64,000 nt of DNA from the NCBI GenBank assembly GCA_047285535.1, contig JBJBDC010000001.1:2400136-2464135 (forward strand). The letters run 5' to 3'. The stretch comes from Synechococcus sp. GTDB lineage: Bacteria; Cyanobacteriota; Cyanobacteriia; PCC-6307; Cyanobiaceae. How positions within the stretch are numbered: position 1 is the first letter of the stretch; each line of letters begins with the position of its first letter. Below are positions 31,918-42,193 of this stretch, piece after piece. The translations under genes and the position numbers were made by a program. The notes under the pieces were generated by a model that was not told the DNA's origin, made no database searches, and saw only the letters and a program-made list of their open reading frames with translations.

Positions 31918-32813
31918 TTTGACTTACCCTTCCGCTGGTATAAGCTTTCTTATTTGTTTTTAAAAACCTTGCGATTCAATGCTAATTAGTCTGTATTGAT
32001 AATTAAACTCCTATATGTTTAGGTTTGGTGCGCCATGATTTCTCAATTTCTTTCATTCGTTGAGTTTTAAAGAAGATAAAACTACCTGCCTTTACAGGTT
32101 TATTGGTATCGCTTGGGAATATTAGTTATTGCTCGCTCTATTTTCCAGAAAATTATCAATTGAAGGCAGGCATTTGCTTTGCTTGAGTTAGTGGCGATAA
32201 ATCATTGTCTAACCATACGTGTTTTTTGAGATTCCCGCCAAGAATAGTCCATAGTCTTCAATACTGCTGTATCGTTTGGCGACTACGTTGGCTGGCTTGA
32301 TGTATTATTTAGATTTTAAGTTCTTGCGGTTAATATTTAAGTATGATGCTCATAATGCCACAGATAATCAAGAGATGTAATCCTTAATATTTCGTGCTAA
32401 TGGCTTATTTGCGGCTGGTGGCGGGATAAAATTAAAGCTAAATGTCTCAAAGTGCAAGTCATGGATGAAATACGTCGGCATCTTCTGGAGCGGTAGAAGA
32501 ATTTGAAATTTTCATTGAGATTAATCCTGGCATGCAGTGAGATCTTTCTTACGTCGATCGATTCACTTATTCTTTGAAAAATTATTTGAAGTTTAAATAT
32601 ATTGTTTTCACAGGAGAAGCGATTCTACTATGACGTAATAAATTTGGACTGTCCAGGGCTGAGGTTGTTTTCTTTCTGATTTTACGCGTAGACTGTAGTC
32701 ATATTATTGATTGGCAATCCCATGGACCTCATTGCTATATTACTTGCGAAATGATCTAGGCATATTGCTCTTTGTAGTGTTTGAGACTTTTAAGAAATGT
32801 ATTTCTGGGCCCT

Positions 32814-33800
32814 ATGAAGTTTGATTTAAAACAAATAGTACCAATCTCGCTTGTTATACCTTGTTTGGCAACTTGTGATCAGTTGCTACCTCTAATGCAT
32901 GCTTTATATGCATCTAGTGTTTGGCCAAAGCAAATAATTGTTGTGAATGTATTGACCACTGTAGATCAAGCATCATGTATTAGTGTTTTTGCATCTTCTG
33001 AGTTTGCTGAACGAGTAACTTTTGTCTCTACGGATAGATTGCTTTATCCTGGTGAGGCTAGAAATTATGCAATCCCATTTGTAAAATGTGAGTTACTTGC
33101 TTTCTTGGATGTCAATACATTGCCCACATTTGATTGGCTTGAGTCCACTTACTCTGCTGTTGCGTCCGACAATTTAGATGTTATTTTTGGCAAAACGCAG
33201 TATTGCTCGGATAGAGCTTTTGAGCAATCGGTTATTGATTCTACCTTTGGCAGGAACCCTGTAACAACTCTGCCAGGTTCAATGATGACCATTTGGTATT
33301 TTAATTGCGTTGGGCATTTTTTGCCTAAGATTCGTTCGGGTGAGGATACCGACTGGCTTATTCGTTCTAATCATTTTCTTGACAGTTCAAAAGCATACTC
33401 AACTCCTTTGCTTTACAATCAGGTGCCCAAAACATATGCTGCATTGTTTGTGAAGTGGTTCCGTAATTATTCTAGTTGTGCGCCTATTTGCTTTCACTTG
33501 CAATATCAGCGAGCAATCTATGTCTTTGCTGGCTCATTGGTTGCCATTCTCATTGCATATAACTGGAATTCTGTGATTGCTTCTTGGGACTTTGATAACC
33601 CCTTCTACACTCACAATATCACTAAAATTGTCTCGTTACTTTTAATCTTCCTCTACTTTGCATTTCGTGGAATCTATTTGCCGTTAGTTCGAGGGGTCCC
33701 TTTGCGTTGTTTGCTGCCATTTCGATTTATGCGACTTGGACTTATTTGCCTTGTTATTGACATATCTAAATTGCTTGCTTTCTTGACCTGTCGAGTTTAA
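32814..33800 (+). CDS. Glycosyltransferase family 2 with C-terminal TM helices
   Basis: SLVIP, YPGEARN, LAFLDV, RSGEDTDW. Confidence 0.82.
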   Translation: MKFDLKQIVPISLVIPCLATCDQLLPLMHALYASSVWPKQIIVVNVLTTVDQASCISVFASSEFAERVTFVSTDRLLYPGEARNYAIPFVKCELLAFLDVNTLPTFDWLESTYSAVASDNLDVIFGKTQYCSDRAFEQSVIDSTFGRNPVTTLPGSMMTIWYFNCVGHFLPKIRSGEDTDWLIRSNHFLDSSKAYSTPLLYNQVPKTYAALFVKWFRNYSSCAPICFHLQYQRAIYVFAGSLVAILIAYNWNSVIASWDFDNPFYTHNITKIVSLLLIFLYFAFRGIYLPLVRGVPLRCLLPFRFMRLGLICLVIDISKLLAFLTCRV

Positions 33801-34474
33801 GAACCCATTCACTTTGTATAAGCTACAGCTTAGGTCGTGAAGCTTGATTTTCATGAGTTGTTTTTCTGTCAGCAGAATGCGATTGCTCGCCTCCGCTTGG
33901 CTGCCCATCTAGCATCAGAATTTTAGTAGTACTTGGTCGCGTCTGGTTCTTGTTTATTAGTGCTGTATTTTGAGTATATTCTATCAGTCGTCTCACTTGC
34001 CTTTGTCGTTCCTGTGCTTTGCTTTAGGGCTTGTGCTTTTGCTTCTCCAAGTTGATGTTATCAAAAGACTTGATGCTGTGCTTTTCCTCTTGGTTTGAAT
34101 ATGCAATTGCTTGAGTTTTTAAAAATTAGTTCTCTTAGGGTGGATTTTCGCTTAATACCACAAAGCTCTATTCTTGACTAAACATAACAGAAGGCTGTGA
34201 TCAATTCTAATTCGTCAATGAGAAGTCAATTCTTTTGGTATTTTTAGTGTTTCATTGGTTGCTTCTGTTTTGGAGGTATTGCGTATCCAGAGCCTTCAGG
34301 CTTAGAAAAGATGTAATGTATTGCTGGTAAGGTGTTTGGATAAATGCAATATAGAGCTTTTCTAGGGTGTTGTGCATGCGCAAGCTTGATCATCCAGTTT
34401 CGAAAAACCTTTTCGCTTTTCTACTTATTGCACATTTCTGAATGGGTGGGAGTTGATCAATTGGCTGAAAAGAA

Positions 34475-35113
34475 ATGTTCTTAAGGGTTTCAGCAGCTGT
34501 TGCTGTTTTCTGGTTTTGGTTTGGTTGGCCATGGATCCGTCCAGCCTTGTTGCCAGTCTCTGGTCGTCCCTGGTTGGTGGTTCTTGATGGTTACCATCGC
34601 CTTGATATGGCTTTGACATTGCAGAGAGGAATGAAATATCGCAGATGGCCCATTCTGTTGATCACCTGTCCAGCGACCGATCAGCCGAACTCTTCTCAGA
34701 AAGCCCGAGCTTCTCCACCGATCCTGGTGGTTCAGGAGCATCCACCACTGGGCGGAGATACAGCGGGGCAAGCGGTGGCTTTAGCTGAGTGGTTAAAGCG
34801 GCTTCCTGCGCAATCACGCCCAAGGCGGGTGTTGCTTCTCAGTGATACCCACCACTTCCCTCGAGCGTCCTGGTCGGCGCAGGTTGCTGTTGGTGGGGGT
34901 GGAACACTGGTCCAACCCTGGGTCGTTGATTCCGAGGCCCCTCGCATTCTTTTGCGGCGTTGGTCTTGGAAACGTTTATGGCCTGCACTGCGAGATGTGC
35001 TGCGCCTGCAGGTCTGGCGGATCAGTGGATCCACTGGCTCTGAATTGGATTTAGAAAAGCGCCAAAAGAAGAGCAAGGCTTGCTTCGCTTTAAACCAGCT
35101 TCGATCAAAGTGA
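34475..35113 (+). CDS. DUF218/YdcF-like membrane-anchored protein
   Basis: N-terminal TM, DTAGQ, LLSDTHHFPRA resembling the DUF218 (S/T)xxHxPRA motif. Confidence 0.65.
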   Translation: MFLRVSAAVAVFWFWFGWPWIRPALLPVSGRPWLVVLDGYHRLDMALTLQRGMKYRRWPILLITCPATDQPNSSQKARASPPILVVQEHPPLGGDTAGQAVALAEWLKRLPAQSRPRRVLLLSDTHHFPRASWSAQVAVGGGGTLVQPWVVDSEAPRILLRRWSWKRLWPALRDVLRLQVWRISGSTGSELDLEKRQKKSKACFALNQLRSK

Positions 35114-35182
35114 CGCTTGAGTCATCAGGTTTGTGTTCAGCGAGGAGCAATGGACAGGAGCGCGAGCCAGTCCCACATGCCC

Positions 35183-35577
35183 TCAATCCTGCTGATCCCA
35201 AGCCTTGAGGATGCTCAAGATTTCACGGGCCGTTGTTAAAGCTTGATCTGTTTCGTCTGGGTCGAACAGCTCAGAAGGCGGGGTTGCATCCATTGGGTAG
35301 CGGGATTGGATTGACATTCTGCTGAGGCTTCGCAGTGGTAGACCTTCTAAAGCTTGGGTATCAGGCCTAACTCCTTGAGCCGTTTCACCAGGTCGTTGAG
35401 CACATGCGTGTGCGGTGGATCCAGGCCCAATTCCAGCAGTGCGCTTTTTAAGCCCTTTTCGGCTGCTTGTGATGCGAAGAAGCACGCTTGGGCTAAATAG
35501 CCGTTGTTTTTTGCCAGTTGAGCTAAATCGAGGTCGTTGTGGGCCTGGCGCAGCCATGCATCCGGTCGGGCATTCAT
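35183..35577 (-). pseudogene. HEPN-domain protein, frameshifted
   Basis: N-half MNARPDAWLRQAHNDL..AEKGLKS..PPHTH and C-half DTQALEGLPL..QSRYP lie in different frames; span is 395 nt, one base short of 132 codons; break near 35362. Confidence 0.85.
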
Positions 35578-35924
35578 GGGATCTCCGCCAGTAACGGGAT
35601 AGCGACCTTGGCAGCGTTGCGCCAAACGACTGAGTCGCTTGCTGGCAACTGAGCCCAGGCCTCACGGTCGAGTCCGATCACATCCTCAGCCAGGCCTGAA
35701 TCGAGCAATTGATCAACCCATGTTTCCGCCTCATGTTTGTTGGCAGCCACTACAAGAAGATCGGTATCTGACAAGCCGTCCCAATCGCCTCGAGCACGGG
35801 AGCCAAACAGATAAATCTGATCGGGACGTTTGGAACTGGACTCCACTAAATCTCGTAGCGAGCTACGTAGTGCACTTAGCCATCGGGTATGACGTTGAAT
35901 GCGTAAGGCCGCCAGACTGTTCAT
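35574..35924 (-). CDS. Minimal nucleotidyltransferase (MNT), partner of the HEPN gene
   Basis: YLFGSRARGDWDGLSDTDLLVV (GSx10DxD); ATGA overlap with HEPN; start refined to 35924. Confidence 0.88.
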   Translation of the reverse strand: MNSLAALRIQRHTRWLSALRSSLRDLVESSSKRPDQIYLFGSRARGDWDGLSDTDLLVVAANKHEAETWVDQLLDSGLAEDVIGLDREAWAQLPASDSVVWRNAAKVAIPLLAEIP

Positions 35925-36633
35925 GGTTGGTAATGGCCTGTTCAAAGTGAAGGTGCCAGAAAATTGGCTTAAATCTCTTCTGCAATGGAATCTAGCTAAA
36001 TCAAGCTGGCTCATTCTTGAAGCCAATGGAGTCGTTCCAGGGCGTCAAGATCAGCACCTTTTGGAGGTCGGTGAATCCAGCGCTCTGCCTTGGGAATGGG
36101 CTGGGCCGTTTTGATCAACCAGTAGGGGAGCGCAAAGATGACTCAATCTTTACCTCAACTTGAGGGCATTCAATTCTTTCGATTTGATGTTATTAAGTAA
36201 AAAATTGATGTGGAAAATTCACCAGCTTGATGACATTGTTCATGTTGCCGCGTTCGTTTTGCTCCGCCAGCGTCAAAGCACGCTTGGGACGTTGATTAGT
36301 GCTTGGCTCGGCAGGTTCTTTCTGGGTCCGCAATTGAGGTTCGCAGAACGAGGTTTCACAGCGCTCAGGATTGCCTCAGTTGCCTTTAAGCGCTTCCTAT
36401 TGAGTGGTTGCATAAAGCTTGTCAATTGACCTGCTGAATGGCGCCGAGCGTCTTGACTCAGTTTTCAGGGAAGTCTTGGCTTAGTTCGTTTCAGTCAGCA
36501 GGCTTCTCATGGCTGTAACAGGTCACAGAGATTGCCACTGCTTTCATTGGTTCTGACGTGCGACTGTATGGCTGAGGGTCTTGCGCTTGGCACTATCTGC
36601 TGATCGATTGCAGATGAGTAGTACGGTTCGCTG

Positions 36634-36942
36634 ATGGATGTCTTTACCGTCTTCCCGAAATATCAAGTTGTCATTCCTAAGCGTGTCCGCGAGCAATTTG
36701 ATCTCAAGCCAGGTCAGGGGTTGCAGGTGATCGCCTTGCCTGGAAGGATTGAGCTCGCACCAAGTAGGCCTGCTGTTGCGTTGCGCGGTTTCCTCGAAGG
36801 TGAAAACACATTTGAGCGAGAGAGTGATCGTCTGCGACGTAAGTCCATCAGGTTGTGGATTCCTCAGGATGGATTGAGGTGTTTACCGATGGACCTCAGG
36901 CAGAGCGTTTCCTTGAGGTTCTTCAAGACGAACATTCTTTGA
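36634..36942 (+). CDS. AbrB/MazE/SpoVT-type antitoxin (VapB-like); probable ancestral stop at 36835-36837 lost
   Basis: PKYQVVIPKRVRE..LKPGQ swapped-hairpin motif; after ...ERESDRL the codon is CGA where TGA would be expected. Confidence 0.78.
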   Translation: MDVFTVFPKYQVVIPKRVREQFDLKPGQGLQVIALPGRIELAPSRPAVALRGFLEGENTFERESDRLRRKSIRLWIPQDGLRCLPMDLRQSVSLRFFKTNIL

Positions 36943-37223
36943 TCGTGCCTTCCATAACAATCTTCGAAGTGTTCAAGTGGATCCTTCGTGAGCATGGTGA
37001 AGCTCAGGCCATCCAGGCGATAGCCATGATGCACCGCGGCAAGATCATTCACCTTGATGACTCAATGGCCATGGCTGCTGAGCAGTTCAGTCATGCTCTA
37101 TAGCTGCCCATGGCAGACAGCATCATCCTGATGCCTGCGAGGCAAAACAAGGCACGGTTCTAAAGCATGGATTCAGATTCCAAGGGTCTGGTAGATGTTG
37201 AATTCATTTTGAAGGTGAGCTGA
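36834..37223 (+). pseudogene. VapC PIN-domain toxin pseudogene
   Basis: Reads VVDSSGWIE...FEVFK...HAL*LPMADSII...RF*SMDSD..GLVDVEFI; in-frame stops at 36840, 37101 and 37161. Confidence 0.85.
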
Positions 37224-37842
37224 CCAGGTGATCACTGATCTGCAGTTCTTGAACAGCGCCGATGGATTTCAGAATCTTCGATCGCTATCCACCTTGCTTG
37301 CGACTCAGGTACAGCACTTTGTGTAAGCCATTGCAATACTCAGCTCGCTGCCACCCAAGCGCCCGCGAGCCATAGCAGACAAAGTTCTTCACATGGGATG
37401 GGTAATGATTTAGATGCAGTCGCTGTTCGCTATCGGCTTGCGGAAGCCCGAGGATCATTGCTGCTGAACATCACGGCTACCCGCACCTCATCCCATAAGC
37501 GGCTGATGCCACTCACTCCTTGATTGATAAGTACTTTTTTGAGTAGAAGACAGCCATGCTCGCCATGGCCAGTGCTCGCTTGTCATTGTCCATACTTGAT
37601 AGAAAGCGCACATCGGAGCCTGCCATCGAAACCAATAATCCACTGAATGCCAAATGCCAATCAGCTATTGCCTGGATGTGGGTCTCAAAAAAAGCGTTGA
37701 TGAGGAATTGAATTAGCTGTTGGACTCCCTCTGGATGGTGGTTCTTTGACCCAATTGAGCTCTCTGGTTCCGTCGCTGCTGTGCGTAGGACAATGTCCGA
37801 TGCTTAACGTCACTCTGTGTTGCTGACTCTGATGAGGCCCTC

Positions 37843-39597
37843 TTGAGCGCCTTGGTCACCTTGCTGTTGTTGGTGTTGGCGATTGCCTGTTTCATTGGCG
37901 GTTGGCTGGCGCCAGAACTTGTGGCCTTGCTGGCTGCAGGCCTTTTCATCGCTACAGGGGTCCTTACGCCTAACGAGGCTCTAGCGGGATTTGGCAGCCC
38001 AGCCCTGATTACGTTGCTGGGCTTGTTTGTGCTGTCCAATGGCCTGCTGCATAGCGGTGCCTTGGATCGTTTGCGTGAATTGCTGGCGTCGCCGCGGATC
38101 CGTAATCCGAGTCAATTGATGGTGGTGTTCGGTTTTGTCGTGGCGCCGATCTCCGGGTTCATCCCCAACACTCCAATTGTGGCGATTTTGTTGCCGGTGG
38201 TGCAGGGCTGGTGCCGCCGCCGAGGGATCAGTCCATCCCGGGTGTTGATGCCACTGTCGTTCGCCACCCTGATCGGTGGCACCATCACCCTGATTGGCAC
38301 CTCCACCAGCCTGCTCGCCAGTGATCTGGTCACCCGGCTGGGCTATGGCTCCTTTGAATTGTTTTCCTTCACCCCAATCGGCATTCCGGTGTGGCTACTG
38401 GGGGCTGGCTATCTCGTGATTGCCGGCCGTTCTCTGCCTGACCGCGGTGATCAAAGCGACGACAACCTGCAGGCGTTGAGCCGTGATGGCTACCTCACGG
38501 AAGTGGTGATTCCGCTGCGTTCGCCGCTCTGCGACGTGACCCTGCATGAGAGCAGGCTGCAGCGCCGTTTTGATGTGGATGTCCTTGATGTGCACCGTCA
38601 GGGCCAACGGCTGCAGCCACCTCTGGCTCAATTGCGTTTGCAAGCCGCCGATCGCTTGTTGTTGCGCTGCAGCAGGCAGGAGTTGTTGCGTTTGCAGCAA
38701 GATCGCATGGTGGATTTGGCCGGCACCCTTCTTGCCGAGGAATTGCCCCACATCCGCCATGCCGAAGTGTTAGTGCCTGCTGGTTCCTTGTTGGCTGGAG
38801 CCACGCTGCGCGAGCTGCGCTTTCGCCAGCGTTTCAATGCCACGGTGCTCGCCGTCAACCGCGCCAGCAGCTCCGTGCGGGATCGCTTAGGCCGGGTTGT
38901 GTTGAGAGAAGGCGACATGTTGCTGCTGCAGGCCCCGCTCGATGCCTTGCGCGGTCTGCAGCAATCCAGCGATCTGGTGGTGCTCGATCAGCTTGACGAG
39001 GATCTCCCCTCCACCCATCGCAAGGGATTGGCCATCAGCGTGATGCTCGCGGTGTTGCTGTTGGCTGGGTTCAATCTGATGCCCCTGGTGGCTGCCGTGC
39101 TGTTGGGTGTGGGGGTGTTGGTGATCGGCAAGTGCCTTGATGCCGGAACGGCCCTGCGCTCGATTCGCTGGGATTTGTATCTGCTTCTGGGGGGTCTTTA
39201 TAGCTTCAGTGTGGCGTTGCAGAAAACGGGTCTGGCGGATCAGGCGGCCACAAGCTTGCTCACAGTGCTGCAAGACGCTTCTGCCTACGGCGCTCTGTTG
39301 GTGATCTACGCGATCACCTTGTTGACCACCGAGTTGCTGAGCAACGCGGCAGCCGTTGCCCTTGTGTTGCCGATTGCCGCTGGAGTGGCCCAGGGATTGG
39401 GCCAGCCGACCATGTTGTTTGCCACGGCCGTGGTGATTGCGGCAAGCCAAAGCTTTCTCTCGCCGATTGGCTATCAAACCAACTTGATGGTGTATGTCCC
39501 TGGGCGTTATCGCTTCCTGGATTTTTTCCGCTTCGGCTGGCCCTTGTCACTCACTTACACCTTGATGGTGCCCCTGTTGTTGCTCTGGTTTGCTTAA
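37843..39597 (+). CDS. SLC13/DASS family permease with TrkA-C domains (putative Na+/sulfate or carboxylate transporter)
   Basis: [21 protein letters not shown], two RCK-C repeats, [20 protein letters not shown]. Confidence 0.9.
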   Translation: MSALVTLLLLVLAIACFIGGWLAPELVALLAAGLFIATGVLTPNEALAGFGSPALITLLGLFVLSNGLLHSGALDRLRELLASPRIRNPSQLMVVFGFVVAPISGFIPNTPIVAILLPVVQGWCRRRGISPSRVLMPLSFATLIGGTITLIGTSTSLLASDLVTRLGYGSFELFSFTPIGIPVWLLGAGYLVIAGRSLPDRGDQSDDNLQALSRDGYLTEVVIPLRSPLCDVTLHESRLQRRFDVDVLDVHRQGQRLQPPLAQLRLQAADRLLLRCSRQELLRLQQDRMVDLAGTLLAEELPHIRHAEVLVPAGSLLAGATLRELRFRQRFNATVLAVNRASSSVRDRLGRVVLREGDMLLLQAPLDALRGLQQSSDLVVLDQLDEDLPSTHRKGLAISVMLAVLLLAGFNLMPLVAAVLLGVGVLVIGKCLDAGTALRSIRWDLYLLLGGLYSFSVALQKTGLADQAATSLLTVLQDASAYGALLVIYAITLLTTELLSNAAAVALVLPIAAGVAQGLGQPTMLFATAVVIAASQSFLSPIGYQTNLMVYVPGRYRFLDFFRFGWPLSLTYTLMVPLLLLWFA

Positions 39598-40160
39598 AGC
39601 TCCAACAGGCCAGGTGGTGGGGTGAGGAGCAACCAGCCCTCCTCCAGGTGCACGTCGGGCACGATCGCCTCCACGAAGGGAACCAACACCGTTTTGCCAT
39701 CCTTCAGCTTGATCTCCAGCAGGTCATTCCCACCGCTGATCAGGTTGCTGACGGTGCCGATCGCTGCGTCGTTGCTCGTCAGGCGCGCTTCCAGTCCCAC
39801 CAGATCCAGCAGGTGAAATTCGCCTTCGGCCAGATCGGGACGGTCAGAAGCGGGTACAAGCACGGTTTGGCCGACGAGCGCTTCGGCGCTGGCCCGGTCA
39901 TTCACTCCCTTGAGGCGCACAACAAAAAGGCTTTTGCCAGGAAGCTGCCGGCCAGCGAGAAGTTCCACTTCCTTCGGAGTGGATCCCTTGGCTTGCAGCC
40001 AGCGAGGGCCAGGTTCGGTAAATCGTTCTGGAAAGTCACTGGCAGGGTTCAGTCGCAGCTCGCCCCGCAACCCTTGAGCTCCCACCAACTGTCCGATCGG
40101 CAGCCAATCGTCGGGACTGCTTTGATCAGCTGAAGGCGTTGGCGGAGTGGAAGTCATCAT
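39594..40160 (-). CDS. rimM: Ribosome maturation factor RimM
   Basis: [50 protein letters not shown]. Confidence 0.96.
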   Translation of the reverse strand: MMTSTPPTPSADQSSPDDWLPIGQLVGAQGLRGELRLNPASDFPERFTEPGPRWLQAKGSTPKEVELLAGRQLPGKSLFVVRLKGVNDRASAEALVGQTVLVPASDRPDLAEGEFHLLDLVGLEARLTSNDAAIGTVSNLISGGNDLLEIKLKDGKTVLVPFVEAIVPDVHLEEGWLLLTPPPGLLEL

Positions 40161-40193
40161 TCGATAATGACGCCACGACTGCCCGTTTCTTGT

Positions 40194-40376
40194 ATGGCCT
40201 CCGCTGCCCCGATCTTGCCTGGATCCACGGTCACCGTGGTCGACATCCGTTCGATTTACAACGGTTACACCGGTTTTGTGCAGCGCATCAGTGGTGATCG
40301 TGCTGCCGTTTTATTTGAGGGTGGAAATTGGGACAAGCTCGTCACCATGCGGTTAAGCGATCTCAACGCCGCCTGA
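40194..40376 (+). CDS. ndhS: NDH-1 subunit S
   Basis: ILPG.TV.V....[32 protein letters not shown]. Confidence 0.95.
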   Translation: MASAAPILPGSTVTVVDIRSIYNGYTGFVQRISGDRAAVLFEGGNWDKLVTMRLSDLNAA

Positions 40377-40380
40377 TGCG

Positions 40381-41190
40381 ATGAATCTGCGTCTGCGCCT
40401 TCGGCGCGTTGTTCTTGATGCCGACACTCGGGCAGGCCGCATTTACAACCTGATTATTTTTGGCACGATTCTCGCCAGTGTGGCTGGGCTGTTAGTAGAG
40501 CCCACTCCCACCTGGATTGCTGCCTCGGATCAATCACCGGATTGGACGCATGGTCTTGAGCGAATTTGCTTAGCGGTGTTCATCGCCGATTTTCTGCTGC
40601 ATTTGTGGGTGACCCCAAAGCCGTCCAGTTATCTGTTCAGTTTCTACGGCTTAATCGATTTCTCAGCCGTTCTGTTTTTTTTTATCCCCCAGATCAGCAG
40701 CGGCCTCATCCTTTGGATCTTCAAATTCGGCCGGGTTCTGCGGGTGTTCAAGCTGCTGCGCTTTCTCGATGAAGCCCAGTTGCTCGGGAATGCCTTGAAG
40801 GCGAGTGCACGCCGTATTGGCGTGTTTTTATTTTTTGTGGTGATGGCCCAAGTGGTTTTGGGTTACCTCATGGTGTTGGTGGAAAGCCGCCATCCTGAAA
40901 CCCAGTTTCAGACGGTTGGAGAAGGCGTGTATTGGGCCATCGTCACGATGACCACCGTGGGGTATGGCGACATTGTTCCCCAGACGGTGCTCGGACAATT
41001 GTTGGCTGCCGTTGTGATGCTGCTGGGCTTTGGCATCATTGCCATCCCCACTGGAATTATCACGGTTGAAACGATGCAGCAGGCGCGTCGTGGTGAGCGC
41101 GTGTGCGGGAGGTGTGGGGCGCAGACCCATCGCACCCAAGCTCTGCACTGTGATCAGTGCGGCGCCACGCTTCCGCCCGTCTCGGCTTGA
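40381..41190 (+). CDS. Voltage-gated potassium channel (ion transporter)
   Basis: S4-like RVLRVFKLLRF, filter TMTTVGYGD, C-terminal CxxC..CxxC. Confidence 0.93.
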   Translation: MNLRLRLRRVVLDADTRAGRIYNLIIFGTILASVAGLLVEPTPTWIAASDQSPDWTHGLERICLAVFIADFLLHLWVTPKPSSYLFSFYGLIDFSAVLFFFIPQISSGLILWIFKFGRVLRVFKLLRFLDEAQLLGNALKASARRIGVFLFFVVMAQVVLGYLMVLVESRHPETQFQTVGEGVYWAIVTMTTVGYGDIVPQTVLGQLLAAVVMLLGFGIIAIPTGIITVETMQQARRGERVCGRCGAQTHRTQALHCDQCGATLPPVSA

Positions 41191-41909
41191 GGTTTGAGGA
41201 GGGCAACTTTGGCGGCTGTCTGCTCAGCCTGGCGGCGTGATCCACCCCAGGCTTCTGCTGCTTGGCTGTTTTGGATGAACACCTGGCAATAAAAACGACG
41301 GGGGTCTCCGTGGCGATGGCTGATTTCCTGGCATTCGTAGGTTGGTAGACCGAGTCCCTGGGCCTGTGTCCATTCCTGCAGAGCGGATTTGCTATTTCCG
41401 CGAGTGGGATCAGCGAGTATTTCATGGCTGGTCTGGCGCCAATAGGGCGTTAGCCAAGCCTGCACGGGCTGGACGTTGCCGCTGATTCGATAGATCGCGC
41501 CCATCAGGGCTTCGCAGTGCTCCGCGCGCAGGGTGGCGCGAGCCGCGCGATCACCTTTGGCTTTGGCGCCAAGGTTCAGCAGTGATTCAATCCCAATGGA
41601 TGTGCCCAGGTTGGCCAGCCAGCGGTCACTCACCAGTTGGGCCCGTAGGGAGGAGCGTTCTCCCACGGGGAGTTGGGCATGCTCTGCTTCGATGAAATCC
41701 GATGCTGCCAGCCTCAGCACCGCATCTCCCAGAAATTCCAGTTGTTCGTGATGGCGGGCGAGTCCAGTGGAGGTGTGGGTGAGGGCTTCGTCTAATAGGG
41801 CGAGCTGCTCGTTGCTGAGCTCGCTGTTGTTGCTAAGACTTGGCTCTGGAACCAGTTGGTTCCAGAGAGCTTGGAGCTGCTGCTTGCGCTTGGGAGGGAT
41901 CACAGCAAC
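41132..41909. repeat. 778-bp direct repeat, copy 1 (contains rnc)
   Basis: gcacccaagctctg...gatcacagcaac recurs at 43855-44632 (offset 2723). Confidence 0.97.
41154..41903 (-). CDS. rnc: Ribonuclease III, copy 1
   Basis: ALTHTS, signature EQLEFLGDAVL, EALMGAIY, dsRBD NSKSALQEW..AEQTAA. Confidence 0.93.
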   Translation of the reverse strand: MIPPKRKQQLQALWNQLVPEPSLSNNSELSNEQLALLDEALTHTSTGLARHHEQLEFLGDAVLRLAASDFIEAEHAQLPVGERSSLRAQLVSDRWLANLGTSIGIESLLNLGAKAKGDRAARATLRAEHCEALMGAIYRISGNVQPVQAWLTPYWRQTSHEILADPTRGNSKSALQEWTQAQGLGLPTYECQEISHRHGDPRRFYCQVFIQNSQAAEAWGGSRRQAEQTAAKVALLKPQAETGGSVAPH

Positions 41910-42193
41910 ACTTGGAGCAGTAAATTGTTTTGTCCGATTCTATTCATCTTTACTGGCTGCGAGGATTAAAGCCTGTGAATTTCCTCGATTTTTAAATTTC
42001 ATTAGAAGGCTAGAATTGTAGAGATTGATATGATGAAGATCCTTCTTGAATTGGCATATCTTTAAGGTAAAACGAATTAGCCTCGATGGGCTGATGATTT
42101 TTTGGGTGTTTGTTTTGATTGTCTTGGTGTTGTTTAGGGATATGCCTTGAGTGGGCGTGCTACTTTCACTCTTGAGAGTTGATTTGACTAATA

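Noticed and set aside
35183..35665. 160-aa and 92-aa ORFs as two separate genes
   Set aside because: They are the two halves of one frameshifted HEPN gene
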